In this document: one piece after another, positions 51,380-64,000 of the stretch
Layout of the letters: every line of letters begins with the position of its first letter
How positions within the stretch are numbered: the first letter of the stretch is position 1
DNA from: Lama guanicoe
Taxonomy: Eukaryota
DNA: 64,000 nucleotides
Direction of reading: 5' to 3'
Assembly: GCA_013239625.1 (NCBI GenBank)
Contig: MU055864.1
Span: 1,826,307-1,890,306, forward strand
Notes under the pieces: generated by a model
The model's database searches: none
Told to the model about the DNA's origin: nothing
Seen by the model: only the letters and a program-made list of their open reading frames with translations
Translations under genes and position numbers: made by a program

Positions 51380-53100
51380 GCTGAAAACATGGCAAGGATG
51401 CTCTATGTCAGTGTCAGTGCAACACAGGTCTTGGACAATAAACAAAGGAAAAAAAAAGGCTAAGAAAGGAGAAGATGAAACTATCAATATTTGCAGACAG
51501 TATGGTCACTGACATACAAATGCTAGCAGGATCAATAGAAAAATAAACTATTAAAATAACAAAAGCTTTTAGCAGCATTGTCAAATACAGTCAGCAACAA
51601 CAACAAAAAATCAGCAGGATTTCTCTACTCTGGTAATTATTAGTAAGAAACAGACAACACCTTCACAAAAACACGGAAAACTATAAAGTATCTGGGGATT
51701 TGGCTGGAGAAAAATTTAAGCCTTAAAAGAGAAGCTGAGTAAAAAGAATATTCCATGTTCTTAGACAAATTGCTAAGGCAGCTTTAGAAAGTTAAGAACT
51801 GAGTGTGTTTGGGAAACAACTGTCCTGCCAGATGCCACAGCATCATACGATCCAGCAGTCATTTAAAACAAGTGGCGCAGAAGTCGTACAAGAACGAGGA
51901 GACAGTACAGAATAGAGAAGTCAGAGAAAAACGTGTGCGTGTGTCTGAAATACACATCACCACAGTAATTGAGAGAAGAGCCCATTTAACAAATGGCCTA
52001 GTGAAAACTGGGTCCCTGAGTATTTAAAAAAAATGGAATTCCTAACTCCATATAAGACCTGGACACCGGACAGACAAAAGGCAAACTATAACGCTAACTT
52101 AATCAAACGTAGGATGGCATCTTTGTGACGCATGGTGAGGGAAGCATTTCTTAAAGAAAGTTGCTGAAAAGCCCAACTCATGACAGATTTGAATATATCT
52201 ACATTTTCAGATTTCTGTTTAATGCAGGACTCCATAAAATGAACAGACAGACGACAGAGGTGAGAAATCGTTTACAGCATCTAAAATTGGAATGAGACTA
52301 GTGTTTAGAATAGACTAGAAAATCTTATAAAACAACAAGAAAAATAAAGGGTCTCCAGTGTGATATGAACAAATGATAAGATCAGGCAGTTCCTGGAAGA
52401 ATAAACTCTGAAAGCAAAGAGGCATAGGAAAAAGTTCTCAGATTCACTGGGGACAGAAAAATGTAGGGTAAAACCAATTGACTATTACTTCACACCCATC
52501 AGATTTGGAAAAGTTAATGAATGATGGAAGATACCAATGAGAATGTGAGAATATAAGACCCTCAGGTACCCGGTGGATGTGCTGAGTGAAGCCGCATTCT
52601 GGAAAGTCATCTGGTTGTACATATCTAAGTACTCACATATTCTTAATGCAATGATCACATTCTTTTTACATATCCCACAAAATTTCTCACACTGGGTCAT
52701 AGAGACACTGTACAAAAATCTTAATTACTGCATTGCTCGTGGTAATAAAAAGTCATTGGCAATCTAGTTTTTATCACTAAGAAAATGGAAAAGTAAAATA
52801 TAATGGATGCAAGCAATTGGGCATCATGTTAACGGTTAGAGGCAACTGGCAAAATGGACACATAGAAATGCAAGTAGGTCTTTAAAAAAGCCTTAATGTA
52901 GCATGAATTAAAAATAAGAAACATAGTAAGTTACAATACAATGTTACTTCAGTGAATTAAAGCAGGGCATGTTCAAGAAATCAACAGTATACACTTACAA
53001 GATTCACTGTTTGAATCTGTTTGATTTATAGTTTCCCATCAAACTCATTATAAGGATCATGGAGGAGGAAAGATGAATGGGATTAAGAAATGGGAATAAA
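51380..53100 (+). mobile_element. L1ME-type ORF2 3' half and 3'UTR, highly decayed
   Basis: aaaacatggcaaggatgc...caatatttgcagac..., tacttcacacccatcagatttggaaaa, gcattctggaaagtcatctgg, ggaaaagtaaaatataatgga. Confidence 0.75.
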
Positions 53101-53660
53101 ATAATCAAATATTAGAATGATGATAGCACCCATTAACTTAGTAATCATATTTCAATCAAGCTTTGCAGATGAGTTCTATCAGACTAGAAAAGAAAAGAAG
53201 GGAGGAAAGGAGAAAAACCCACTTATCAAAGAAAAGTCAACTGAAGGAGATGGGAAATTCTAGCAGGTCCACCACTGTGAAAAGTTACACTCCTATCACA
53301 ACTTACCAACGCTCTGAATCAGTCTTCAGCTCAACTGTCTATGGCTTAGTATATGGTAACTCTTAACATAATTAATGGGCACAACTATGCTTCTCTAGTA
53401 AAGGACACAGAGTGGGAAAGAGCATTGGTATGATTCTTAATATATATCAATTCCAAAGCCACAAGAAACTGGTTACTTTCCTATGCTTATGAGACCAACT
53501 GGAGGTGAGATCCACGAGTAAACTGCCAATCATGTTTAGCTTGTTTACCTATATACTTAACAGCATCTGTACATGATACTCAGGATTATTTATGCTTTTT
53601 TATTTAGATAAAAATATACAGCTTCAAGAAATAGAAAACCCAATTATTAATGATTGAAAT

Positions 53661-53732
53661 CTGGGGTAGGCAAACTATGGCCTGTGGGCTAAATGTAATC
53701 TACCATCTACCTGTTTTTGTAAATAAAGTTCT
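53661..53732 (+). mobile_element. MER58A 5' part
   Basis: ggggtaggcaaactatggcctgtgggctaaat...cctgtttttgtaaataaagtt. Confidence 0.8.
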
Positions 53733-53734
53733 CC

Positions 53735-53970
53735 GCTGTGAGCAACTGCAGTCACCAACTCCAGGAGCCTGGAAGCAGATTTTTCTCCAGAGCCACCAGG
53801 TTAAGAGCTCAGTCTGACTGACCACTTGACTACAGGCTCATGAAACCCTTAGCAGAGGACCCAGCCACACTGCACCTTACGACCTACAGCGCTGTGAGCT
53901 CATGAATGGGTGTTTTTTTTTTACCCCCAAGTTTGTGATAATTTGTTATGCAATAACAAAAAGTGAAAAC
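53735..53970 (+). mobile_element. MLT1D-type LTR 3' part
   Basis: gagcctggaagcagatttttctccagagcc...agcagaggacccagcc...gacctacag..ctgtgag...aagtttgtgataatttgttatgca. Confidence 0.82.
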
Positions 53971-56419
53971 TATTTTTCAATTTTTATTCATGATTAAACT
54001 GCATAAAAGATCCAAGTTGGGGATAACAATGGATCTGACCACATCAGATCCATTACTTGTAAGATGGAAGTGGAATGAAACACAGCAAAGTCGACTTTTA
54101 CGTCCACCATCAGAGAGCCAGCTGTACCAGCTCTCAGACTAGGAGACTATCATGGTAGCCCCAAGCTTAGGAGGACAATTTCCACCATACCAAGACAAAC
54201 TTTATGAAAGTGCAAAAAGGATTAGCAGAGAATTACCAACTACTGCAAATCAGATTAAATTTTAATTTTACAGTACACTGGATTTCTAAACATGATTCAC
54301 TTGATTTAAAGATACAGAAAAGGAAGACTAGGGGGAAACAGCTGCATAACACCTAAAATTCCTCTTTTTCTCTCTGTCTCCAAAGAAATGGGGAAAATAT
54401 TTATTTTAGGGGCACTGGATCTAAATCCACTAAACAAATACAAAAACGCTTTAAAAATGATGAAAATAATATCAAATAAATAAAAGATGCTACATAGATA
54501 TTTACAGTAAGGTACAAAGTAATAATTCAAGAATTAAGTCTCACTGAAATACTCTTCAAATTTTAAGTTAAAATGAATACACATTCATTACTTGAAGTAT
54601 AATATATAACCTGCCACTGATGGTGGAGAAATAATCTATCTTTAGTGAGCCTTATGCAGTTAGCATTCCTCCTGCTGCATCTGTCAGATATTACACAATT
54701 GGGCAGACTGTGTTAATGGTTAAAAAAGAGATTTTAAAAAACCCAAAATGTATTGATGATATTCTGAAATAACAATTTAAGGTCACTGGATGTAAATCCA
54801 TGAAATAAATATAGAAATGCTTCAAAAATTATGGAAATAGTATCACAACAAAATTGTGCTACTGAATGCTCTTTCTCAAATTACTGTCTGATTTACCACA
54901 TAAAATGGCTTGTCTGAAATTACAGGTTACTTTATCATGCAAATTGGTCTCAAAATTTGTCTAAAGTTGGTATGGGTTCTTTCCCTGGTTCCAAAGATGG
55001 AAAATCTGAGGCAGAAATGACTTGCAGCCATAACTGTTTTACATTTACATTATTATCTTACATGAAAATATTATCTCACTTTCTGAGCTATGACATTATT
55101 TGCATCTTATAGACAGAAAAGTGAGAAGAAGACACTGTTTATATCCTTCTATGTTTGTTTTTTTTATGGAGTATCACTGCAGATGATTGCCTAATACACA
55201 CACACATGGATCGTTTCAAAAAGTAGATTAAAGACTAATTTTTCTGACATAAATCATACTGCTGTTTACTCGAAGTTGAGCCCAGATTTAACCAAACACA
55301 TATTTTCTAAGAGTCTGATTCTGTATTTCTCAGTGAAAAGGTACATTATGGAGCCATAGGTTATAAACAAAAATCCTGATTGCTGAGTGATTTTCCATGG
55401 CTTCCTTAAACCACACGGAATGATTCTTACTGGAGATATCTCAGATTTTGTAAAATTTCAAGTGACCTTGACTCAAATTTTACGAAGATCAAGTCTAATC
55501 CTTGGAGTTCCCTATTATTTTGAGATCACAACTTCACAAATCCCCTCCATCCAAAGGTCTGAAACCATGGTTTCTCCTGCTGGTATCTGAGAGCTTTATT
55601 TCATCAGTGAAGGTACATCCAGCCTTGGGCATCTCCCCCTTCACCTTATCCAACATAAAACCAACTTTTCCTATTCCATGTCTATGAGTCTTCCCTGACT
55701 GACCAGCACTAGGGCTCGGATATCATGACATAATCAATAAATGATCATGGACTAATGGTGACTGTCCCAGGAACCAGTGTGTGTGTCCACAGGCGCTTAT
55801 GTTCAAGAAACTGAGACCTCTTTAAGCTAAGACATTACAGATGGATGAATGAATGAACAAACAAATGATACAAACAATGAACAAATGGATAACATGCCTT
55901 AACCTGAATAAATGATCATCACTCTGGGAACTTCTGGCAGTTATTTCAGAAGACACCAAGCCTATGATCACTCTTCACAGCACAACAAGTGTGTGCTCAT
56001 TCATGCACTTAGCTATTTCTTCAAGGAGTCAGAATGAAATGTTCAAGACCCCACACTGTACACATGTGCTGTTTCCACACTTGCCAAAGCTTTTGCGTCT
56101 AGCTCTAAGGACATGCTATCTTTCTCGGTGACTCTTCTTTATAAAGACATCTTCATCTTTTCACAACTCTTCCAGATGTTTACATATAGATAAATGTAGA
56201 CAACTCCAAATAGGAGTAAAGCAGATAGAATAAAGTGTTGTTTTCAACATCAGGTTATAGGGGATTTGGAAATAAGACTCGTCCTAACACAGGCATCACT
56301 TTTCTGGCAAAGTAGAACCGAAACTTCACATAGTTCTACCTTCATTCATCCTTCTAAGGGGTTTTATTTATATTTTACTCCCTACAGATGACACTCATAT
56401 TTACTTTATTAAAATTTCT

Positions 56420-56575
56420 NNNNNNNNNNNNNNNNNNNNNNNNNNNNNNNNNNNNNNNNNNNNNNNNNNNNNNNNNNNNNNNNNNNNNNNNNNNNNNNNN
56501 NNNNNNNNNNNNNNNNNNNNNNNNNNNNNNNNNNNNNNNNNNNNNNNNNNNNNNNNNNNNNNNNNNNNNNNNNNN
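56420..56575. other. Assembly gap (156 N)
   Basis: Run of N. Confidence 1.
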
Positions 56576-59500
56576 TTTAATAACTTCCTTCAGCAGCTAG
56601 TAATTTGAATTTCAAATTTCTTTCTACCAAGAAGTTAAAAAAAAAAAGTATATACCATTTTATTGCAGTTTTATACAAAAATTGATTTATGCTAAGATCT
56701 CTCACAGCAAACATATCAAATGTCTAAATGAGACCATTAATACTCATAAATTTTATAATATGTATGTTACAGATAAAACATGTCATTAAGTTAAAGTTGC
56801 TAAAAAATAATTGTATCCTTAGATTATTTTCCAGAAATCCCTCACTTAGGTTGGAAATATTTCATTCATTTGATTGATTTTTTTATTATTGCTTTTGAGC
56901 ACTGTGGCAGACTTCAGGGCATATCAAAATAACTCATTAATCAAAAGTCTGAAGTATTTAAACATTAACAAATAGAACAGTTTGGGAAATCCATAGGAGT
57001 CTATTTCTTTAAGCCATCTTGAAAATGAAATCTTTTTCCAATTCTGCAGATCCAATATTGGGACTGACCATTAATTACTCAAGGGAAAACAAAGATTTTA
57101 AAAACGCTCGCCTTTTCCATAAAGACATCTTTAGTTATCTGACCATTAGAGGAAAATATGAGAAATTTAGAGCTTCACCAATGTTCATTTCTGAACAAAA
57201 GAGTTCATAATGATATGAATGGAAAAAGCCATGGGAAGTGATGGTTCAGTCTTTGATTTTGCAGGAGCAAAAACATATTTCAGGAAAAAAAATCACAAAC
57301 ATTTGTGAATGTTTTTTATTGCCTTGATGGTTGTCAGGCCTTGGAAGAATTATTCCCATCTGACCCCTGGGGAGGCCTTCTCAGCACCACTCACATCCCT
57401 GCCCCTATAGGCGGGGCAGCCGAGAGAAGGGCAGGACAGACACGGTCTCCAAAGTTCCGTCTTCCCTCTTTCAACTTTGCAAATGCCAGTATTTTTGGTA
57501 ACTATTTTTGGCAAAATTAACAATTACCTCTTTTTTCAGTTAGGAGTACATTTAAAGAGTCTTGATAATTACTATATATTTTATAAATTTTACTGTTTAG
57601 GATTTAACATTTACTCTATTAGCAGCTCCTCATTTTAAACGGGTCTTTTCATAATTTTCTATCATTCCTTGAAATAGCCAGTCTTTTTTCAGTTGAGTAT
57701 CCACTTTTTGATTTGTAACTCTTGATAAATTCATAGTTACAATACCTGTGGACTATCTTAGATGTCACCATAAGGCTGGCACTAAAGTCTGTGCCTTTTA
57801 GAGAAAGGGGTTTTATTTTATACTGATTAGGCTTTTACAGAGAGGCGTTGATATACACCCACCCTCACGTTCATTCTACTCGATAGATTTCCTGGGCAAC
57901 CACACTGTAATCTGGCTGCACTTCTAATTGTTTAATGAAACATATACGTGAATATATCACACATAAATACCTCAAAATCTAGCATGCCAAGAATGACCTC
58001 ATCACCCAGTCTCCGTGAACTGGGACCATTCATCCCTCACCCAGTCTTGAAAAGATACCAAGTCCTAGGTCTCTCTCTTCCATTTCCCTTCTATGTCATC
58101 ACTTACTCTGTCTTTTTAATTCTACTTTACTTGGAAAATGTCAGCCAGGTCTCTCTTTGCCTTTCATTTTACCTTTCTCCACTCAGGACGTTGTTGTCTA
58201 TTTTGGGGAAGTGGGAATGTTTCATTATAATATTCAATTAAATTGCTTCTCTGTATATAGTCTATTATCCTACCCATGTGATGTGATGTCACACAAATTA
58301 TTTTTTTCTAAATATGTGCTTAAAGATACGAAAAATGATTTAAAACCCTTCACAACTGCTCTGTTGCTTAAAGATTAAACTCATGGGTAAGGAATTCATG
58401 ACCCTTCACCTGCCCACTCAGCTCCCTAGAGCCCACCTTCCACCACTGCAGCCCTCCTTTCAGAGTTCATCAACAGATTCCTCAAATTCTCCTCAGCTAA
58501 CCACACGATGCGACTTTTCAGGACTTGTAATCACACTTCTTCTTTCTCATATAATGCATTCCTCTCCATTACTTTCCTTTGTCAAAACAGAGTTATCTTA
58601 AGAAGCCCCTTGACCTTCACCTTCTTTGGAAAGTCCTGACTTTCAGAGGTAGAATTAACTCTACCCTTACGCTTGTATAACTGCATGTCATCATAGCTCA
58701 TTATAGTTAGCTTTTTATAAAACTCACTTCCTAGGATTGTAAAATCTTAAAACAATAATGATAATGACCAGCATGTATTGACTGCTCCAAATACTGTTTT
58801 TAAAAGTTCATGTGTCATATCTTATTTATGCCTCCTAACAGTCCTGGAGGAGAGGGACAATTACTATCCCTACTGGAAAAGTAAGAGCATCTGCATCTTC
58901 TTCATCTTCTGAGCCTCAGTGTCTGTCCTGTCCCTAGACATCACAGTCTCACAGAACTACGTATTATTCTAAAATAGTATTTTATCTGTTATACTGAATT
59001 GGCTTTAATATTTGCTTCCCAATACACAGGGCAGGTCTTTTTTTCCTTTGTAGCATCATGGCAATTACTCAGGGGAAAATGCACCTCTGTTGCTTATCTC
59101 ACCCAGTGAAAGCAAATATTTACAGGGCAAGTTTTTACTTTAATTCTAGGAGCATCTGAGTCACTTAATGGTAATATAATTTTGATGGCCAGGTAGAACA
59201 GATCACAGGTGAGTGACAAAGAGTCACATTACAAAGTAAGAGAAGAGATATAAAAGAGAATTTAAATAATGCTAGCTGAACATTCTAAGGAAAAAAAAAG
59301 TAAAAACCAGTGTCATGGAGCTAGTTAAGACTGCAGGAAGAAGAGTAGTGAGGCTGACATACAAATACACAAATATTTTGGTTTGAAGGCCTAACAGACA
59401 TTTGAAACTTAACATGTACAAAGTGAAAGCTTGTAATTTTTTACCCAAAACCTGTAAGACGACAGCCACTGAAGCATTAGGCAAAACTAGCTAAACTAGA

Positions 59501-60279
59501 GTCAAAATAAGAAACTATTCACATACTTTCTTGAAAGAAGCCCTAAGATTTCTTATTACTGATGAGTCATGTCCAAATTATTCTTTCATATCAGGGACGC
59601 TCTAATGTTATTTAGTTCACAATCACTGAAGGGAAAAAACAAAATAAAATTCCTGAAAGGAAATTTAAATCACTAGGAAACTGAATTAGCTTCCCAAATG
59701 CTATGAAGAATAAATTGCAGTAATAAAACCTTTAATCTTCGTAACACCGCCATGAGAGGAGTAAACGTTAGCTGTCACACACCCTGAATCTGGCTACCGA
59801 AGTGCTTTAGGCAACCTCGAGTTACAGTCAATGACACCTGTTCAGTTATTTATTAAAGGATGGATTATTCCTGTTCTCACCGTGCTCCCTCCACATGATC
59901 TGTTGTGACTTAACTTTCAGGCTGCAGAGAGAAAGCTCACACACAAAAAGTGTGTATGTTTTTAAAAGTGTTAGTCATAGTTTTCTAACATTAATTTTTT
60001 TAACCTGCTTGTATCTGCAGTCATTTTTTTCCTTCTTTGTTAAAATGAATGCTCTCTGGTTCTGGGAAAGACCAAACCCTGCCATTACACACAAGAACCT
60101 TCTCATCATCACATTCTCAGCCGACTAGATTATTCCCATTGGCATGCAGGTGTGTTACAATAGATGTCATATTTGAAAAAAATATATCTGCTATATATAC
60201 ATTGGCTCAATTTTACAGCCAAACGTCTTGAAAAAACTTGCCTGAGTGGCGGCCCGTTTCTTACCTCTCAATATCGCGT

Positions 60280-61410
60280 AAACTACTCCAACTGAAATAA
60301 GCACCCATATTTCACTGAAACAGCTCATGACAAAGCATCCAAAGTCCTCCGTGTTGTAAATCCATGGTCCTTTTTCTGTCACTTTTCTCAATCTCTCAAA
60401 GTAGACATAGATGACCATTTGTTCAAACTTTTTAACACAGTTTTCTCTTGGTTTCCAATGGTTTACTCTTCTAAAACAATTTTTTAAATTTAAATATAGT
60501 TGATTTACAATGTTGTATTAGTTTCTGGTATACAGCAAAGTGATTCAGTTATACATATATATATTCTTTTTCCTATTCTTTTCTGTTATGGCTTATTACT
60601 GGATATTGAATATAGTTCCCTGTGCTATACAGTAGGACCTTATTGTTCATCTGTTTTATATACAGTAGTTAGTACCTGCTAATCCTGAACTCCTAATTCA
60701 TTCCTCCCCCACCTGCTTTCCCCTCTTGTAACTGTAAGTTCGTTTTCTGTGTCTGTCTGAGTTTGTTTCCGTTTCTTACCCATGACATTTTCCCCAGAAC
60801 GAGAACAAAATAATCCTAAAATGTATATCGAACTATAAAATATGATACCAATGGTTTCCTCTTAATGCTATTCTTCTCATCTTACTGCCTGCTGTCCTCA
60901 GATTTCTATTCTGGCTCCCCCCACCCCCCTACTAATGCTCTAAGTGTTGGAGTGTTAATTACCTCCTTTTTCTTCATTCTCTCCCAAGGACATTTTATCC
61001 AGTGCTACAGAATAAAGTACTAGAAATATGTCAATGACAGCCAAACGAATAACCATCAGCAACGTCCCCCACCCCCTGCACACATTTGTTTATCTAACTG
61101 ACTATTTGACATTTTAGTCTGAATGCCTAATAGACATTTCAAAATTAACATATGCTAAGTGAAAGCTTGTGATCTTTGCTCAAAGCCTCCTCTTCTTTCT
61201 TCCCCCTCTTCATGAACTGTGCCATCCTCATCTCTGTTGCTCAAGTCTAAACTCGTAAACCGCCATGAAACCTACTTCTTACTTACACCCAACGTTTAAT
61301 CCGTAAGTATGCCCTTGTACATTTTCACAAATTGTATCCAAGATTTGTCCTTGGACCTCCAACATCAATACTAACACAGTCATCGGAGAAACCATCACAT
61401 TTATCCTAGA
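60280..61410 (+). mobile_element. L2 RT-region relic interrupted by a younger L1
   Basis: cactgaaacagctcatgacaaagcatccaaagtcctccgtgttgtaaatccatggtc resembles L2 STETALVKVTNDLHVAKSNG; it continues after 60863 with ctaatagacatttcaaaattaacat (HLKLNM). Confidence 0.7.
60471..60847 (-). mobile_element. 5'-inverted short L1 insertion (cetartiodactyl-type 3' end) with 16-bp TSD
   Basis: Antisense L1 3'UTR at 60477-60775 (tatagttgatttacaatgttgtattagtttctgg...cagcaaagtgattcagttatacat...gaatatagttccctgtgctatacagtagg); opposite-orientation ORF2 piece at ~60778-60845 (PMTFSPEREQNNPK, compare PMTFFTELEQIILK); flanks ccaatggtttactctt (60455-60470) and ccaatggtttcctctt (60848-60863). Confidence 0.9.
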
Positions 61411-61670
61411 GGAGTAACAGCTAACATTTGCTACAACTTATCATCTGTCAAGTAAGTAGCTACACACACTTTGCTATAAAATATCTCGTTATATTTAATC
61501 TCGTTATATGGCTATAGTACCATTTACTCCTTGCAGTAATTCTCTTTGGTAGGCACTATCAACATCTTAATCTGTCAGAGAAAAATTAGGCACACAGAGG
61601 TTAAACAGCTTATGCAAGTGCACACAGCTATGAAACATGGAAGCTAGACTCCAGAGCCTACAATCTTACC
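61410..61670 (-). mobile_element. MIR SINE
   Basis: cagctaacatttg...ggtaggcactatc...aggcacacagaggttaaacagcttatgcaagtgcacacagcta...gactccagagcc. Confidence 0.75.
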
Positions 61671-61689
61671 CAGTGGGTAACATGGTTAA

Positions 61690-61900
61690 GGTTCCTTTTT
61701 ATTCCAATACTTAACACTGTGTAGGTTTAAGCTATACAATGCAATAGATATCTATCCATCCATCCATCTATCTATCCAGCTATATAGTGAAATGATTACC
61801 ACAACAACGTTAGTTAACATGTCTGTCATCACTGGTCAAAAGGTGGGATGAACGGGGACCGCAGTCGACAATGCTGTATTATATACAACAGTGTTTTCTA
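61690..61900 (-). mobile_element. L1MA 3' end fragment with a (TCCA/TCTA)n patch
   Basis: aacactgtgtaggtttaag...tgaaatgattaccacaac..gttagttaacat. Confidence 0.65.
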
Positions 61901-61909
61901 GGATGACCT

Positions 61910-64000
61910 TTTTCCTTGTTAACTTTATTGAAGAATAACTTACACATGACAAGTTGCAACTATTTAATTAAGGGAACAGCTGAATGAGTTCTGCTAACTG
62001 TATGCACTGTTTAAACTACCACCACAGTACAAATAAAGAATGCTTCTACCCCCACCCTAAGCGCCGTATGTTCACCTGCAGTGCATCCCTCCCTTTACGC
62101 CTCCCTCCAGACAGGCAACCGATGATACGACTTTTGTAATTACAAATATGGATTTTGTGACTACAAATACAAGTATAACATTACACAATAGGTATTATTT
62201 TGGGTCTGATGTCTTTCAGTCAGCATGATGACTCTGAGATTCATCTGCCATTATGTGTATTAGTAGGTCCTTCCTTTCTATCATGTAGAGGTATTCCCCT
62301 AATGCATGTGCCACAAGTCGTTTATTCATTGTCCTGTTTGCACTGTTTTCACTTTTAGGCTATTCTGAACAAGGCTACTATAAACATTTCTGTACAAGTA
62401 TTTATCTGGACATAGCTATTCATTTGGGGAGGAGGGTAAATTCCTAGAAGTGCACAACAGTTTTACAAAGTGCTTATAAAATTCTACATTTCCATCAGTA
62501 ATGTATGAGTTCAACAACTCTGGTTAGTTCTGGTCTTCATAATTTTAGCCATTCTAATGAATGAGCAGCATTATCTTATTTTAGTTTGAATTTAAATTCT
62601 AAAGATAACTAATGATATTGAGCATCTTCTCATTTTCTTGTTTGCTGTTCATATATCTTATTTTGGAAAATATCTGTCCACATCTTTTGTTCATTTCTAA
62701 ATACTGGGTTGCTTATCTTATTACTGAATTCTAAGAATTCTGGATACATGCTCTTTGTCAGAGAAACGTCTGCACATTTTCCCAGACTTATTTGCCGTTT
62801 TATTTTGTTAGCTGAATTGCTTGAAGAGAAAAAGTTTTAAATGTCAGTATGGCTCAACTTACCTTTTTTTTTTTTTCTTACGGCTTATACTTTCTGTGTC
62901 CTGAGATATACTCGCTTATCACAAGGTGTAAAAAGTTTTCTTCTCTATTTATACTGGGAATTTTATAGATTTGGCACTTAAATTTAGACCAATAATCTGT
63001 TTTGAGGTTATTATATGTATAGTGTGAGGTAAAGTCAATGTTCATTTATTACATAGACATCTAGTTGTTCTAGCACCATTAGCTGGAAAGAGTTTCTTTT
63101 CCTATTGACTTGTCTTTATACTTTGGTCAAAATGCAATTGACCGTATATATCTGAGTTCATTTCTGACCTCTCTATTCCCTCCCATTGATTTACACAAAT
63201 ATTCTTTTGCTAAAATTATACTCTCAGGATTTCTATCACTTTATAGTAAGTCTTAAAGTCTTGTGAACTTCCAATTTTGTTCTTCTTTATTAAAATTGCA
63301 TTGCCTAATACAGGTCACACAAATGTCCATATAGAATAAGCTTGTTAATATCTTCAAGGAATGAGTCCTGGAATTATGCTACGTATCAATTTTGGGAGAA
63401 GTGACATCCTAACAGTATTGAATGTACCAATCTAAGAATATTTAATATCGCACCATTTATTTGGGTCCTCTCTTAATTTTCTCACCTATGTTCCATAGTT
63501 TTCAGTGCAGAGGTTCAGTGTGTGCTTTGTTGGCACTACTGCAAATTTAGTTCGTTTTAAAAATTTTAAATTTATCAAGTGTCAAATTGTTACTATCTAA
63601 AAATGCAAACGATTACAAAATATCATTCATTAAATTCATTCATTAGTTCCGGCACTTGTTTTGAAGATGATTGGACATTTTCAACAATCATATCACCAAG
63701 AACAGAAACAGTTTTCTTTCCTATAGGTTTTTGTTAGATGCTTTTTTCTGATTAAGGAAGTTCACTCTGTCCTTAATTTTATGAGCATTTTAAATCATAA
63801 ATAGCTGTTGAATTTTGTCAAACGCCTTTCTGAATAGACTTAAAGGACCCTATGATATATTCTCTCTTTAATTCTACATTACGTTGGTCAATTTTCAATG
63901 TTAAAACGACTTTCTATTTCTATCATAAATCTTACTTGATCACACGCTATCATTTTCATATACCGTTAAGTTAAATTTGCTAATATTTTGTTAAAATTTT
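61910..64000 (-). mobile_element. Old L1 (L1MC/ME-type) 3'UTR and ORF2, extending beyond the window
   Basis: actttattgaagaataacttacaca...; tttagccattctaat...taactaatgatattgagcatct; ctagttgttctagcaccatt; gttgaattttgtcaaacgcctttt. Confidence 0.9.

Larger units (their letters stand above)
43659..64000 (-). other. DOK6: Inferred DOK6 intron 2, 3' part; the previous exon lies outside the window
   Basis: Ends in a branch-like cactaag, a pyrimidine tract and AG. I saw no sequence encoding the preceding peptide (IFRRCWLVFKKASSKGP...NFHK) in 43659-64000. Confidence 0.75.

Noticed and set aside
54028-54054. Perfect 11-bp hairpin aatggatctga-ccaca-tcagatccatt
   Set aside because: Too short for a pre-miRNA; an isolated stem of this size has no further support.
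59881-59921. 41-nt minus-strand pseudoexon (ctttctctctgcag|...ACG|gtgaga)
   Set aside because: Only splice motifs support it; there is an immediate stop in the DOK6 frame, and such matches are frequent in long introns.
60265-60308. Minus-strand ATG in good Kozak context encoding MGAYFSWSSLRDIE (MGxxxS myristoylation-like), followed by GAG|gtaaga
   Set aside because: It lies largely antisense within an L2 RT relic and ends in phase 2, so it would be out of frame with phase-0 DOK6 exon 3.
1-64000. CRISPR arrays, tRNA/rRNA genes, operons or a novel multi-gene system
   Set aside because: I saw no regularly spaced repeats, structured RNA genes or long intact ORFs; the window is a repeat-rich mammalian intronic region.

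Overview
This is mammalian genomic DNA, AT-rich, with three short scaffold gaps, and nearly all of it is intronic. The only protein-coding feature I can support is one 115-nt internal exon on the minus strand (43544-43658), which the ORF track misses. It encodes [38 protein letters not shown], the C-terminal half of the DOK6 PH domain (exon 3), so the window most likely spans parts of DOK6 introns 2 and 3. The rest is dominated by old eutherian interspersed repeats: many L1 fragments (including a ~4 kb 5'-intact, 3'-truncated copy), HAL1, L2, MIR, MaLR and ERV1 LTRs, and hAT/Tigger DNA elements. A cetartiodactyl-type L1 3' end and the absence of ruminant, pig, cetacean, primate, rodent and carnivore SINEs point to a camelid (inference). 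I found no prokaryotic system, CRISPR array, tRNA or rRNA, and no convincing novel biological system. The most interesting signals are a recursive-splice-like AG|GTAACT start of the DOK6 exon, a nearby candidate poison exon, a twin-primed L1 with a 16-bp target-site duplication, and local CpG gain in old repeats. Repeat subfamily names come from my recall of consensus sequences, and their boundaries are approximate.
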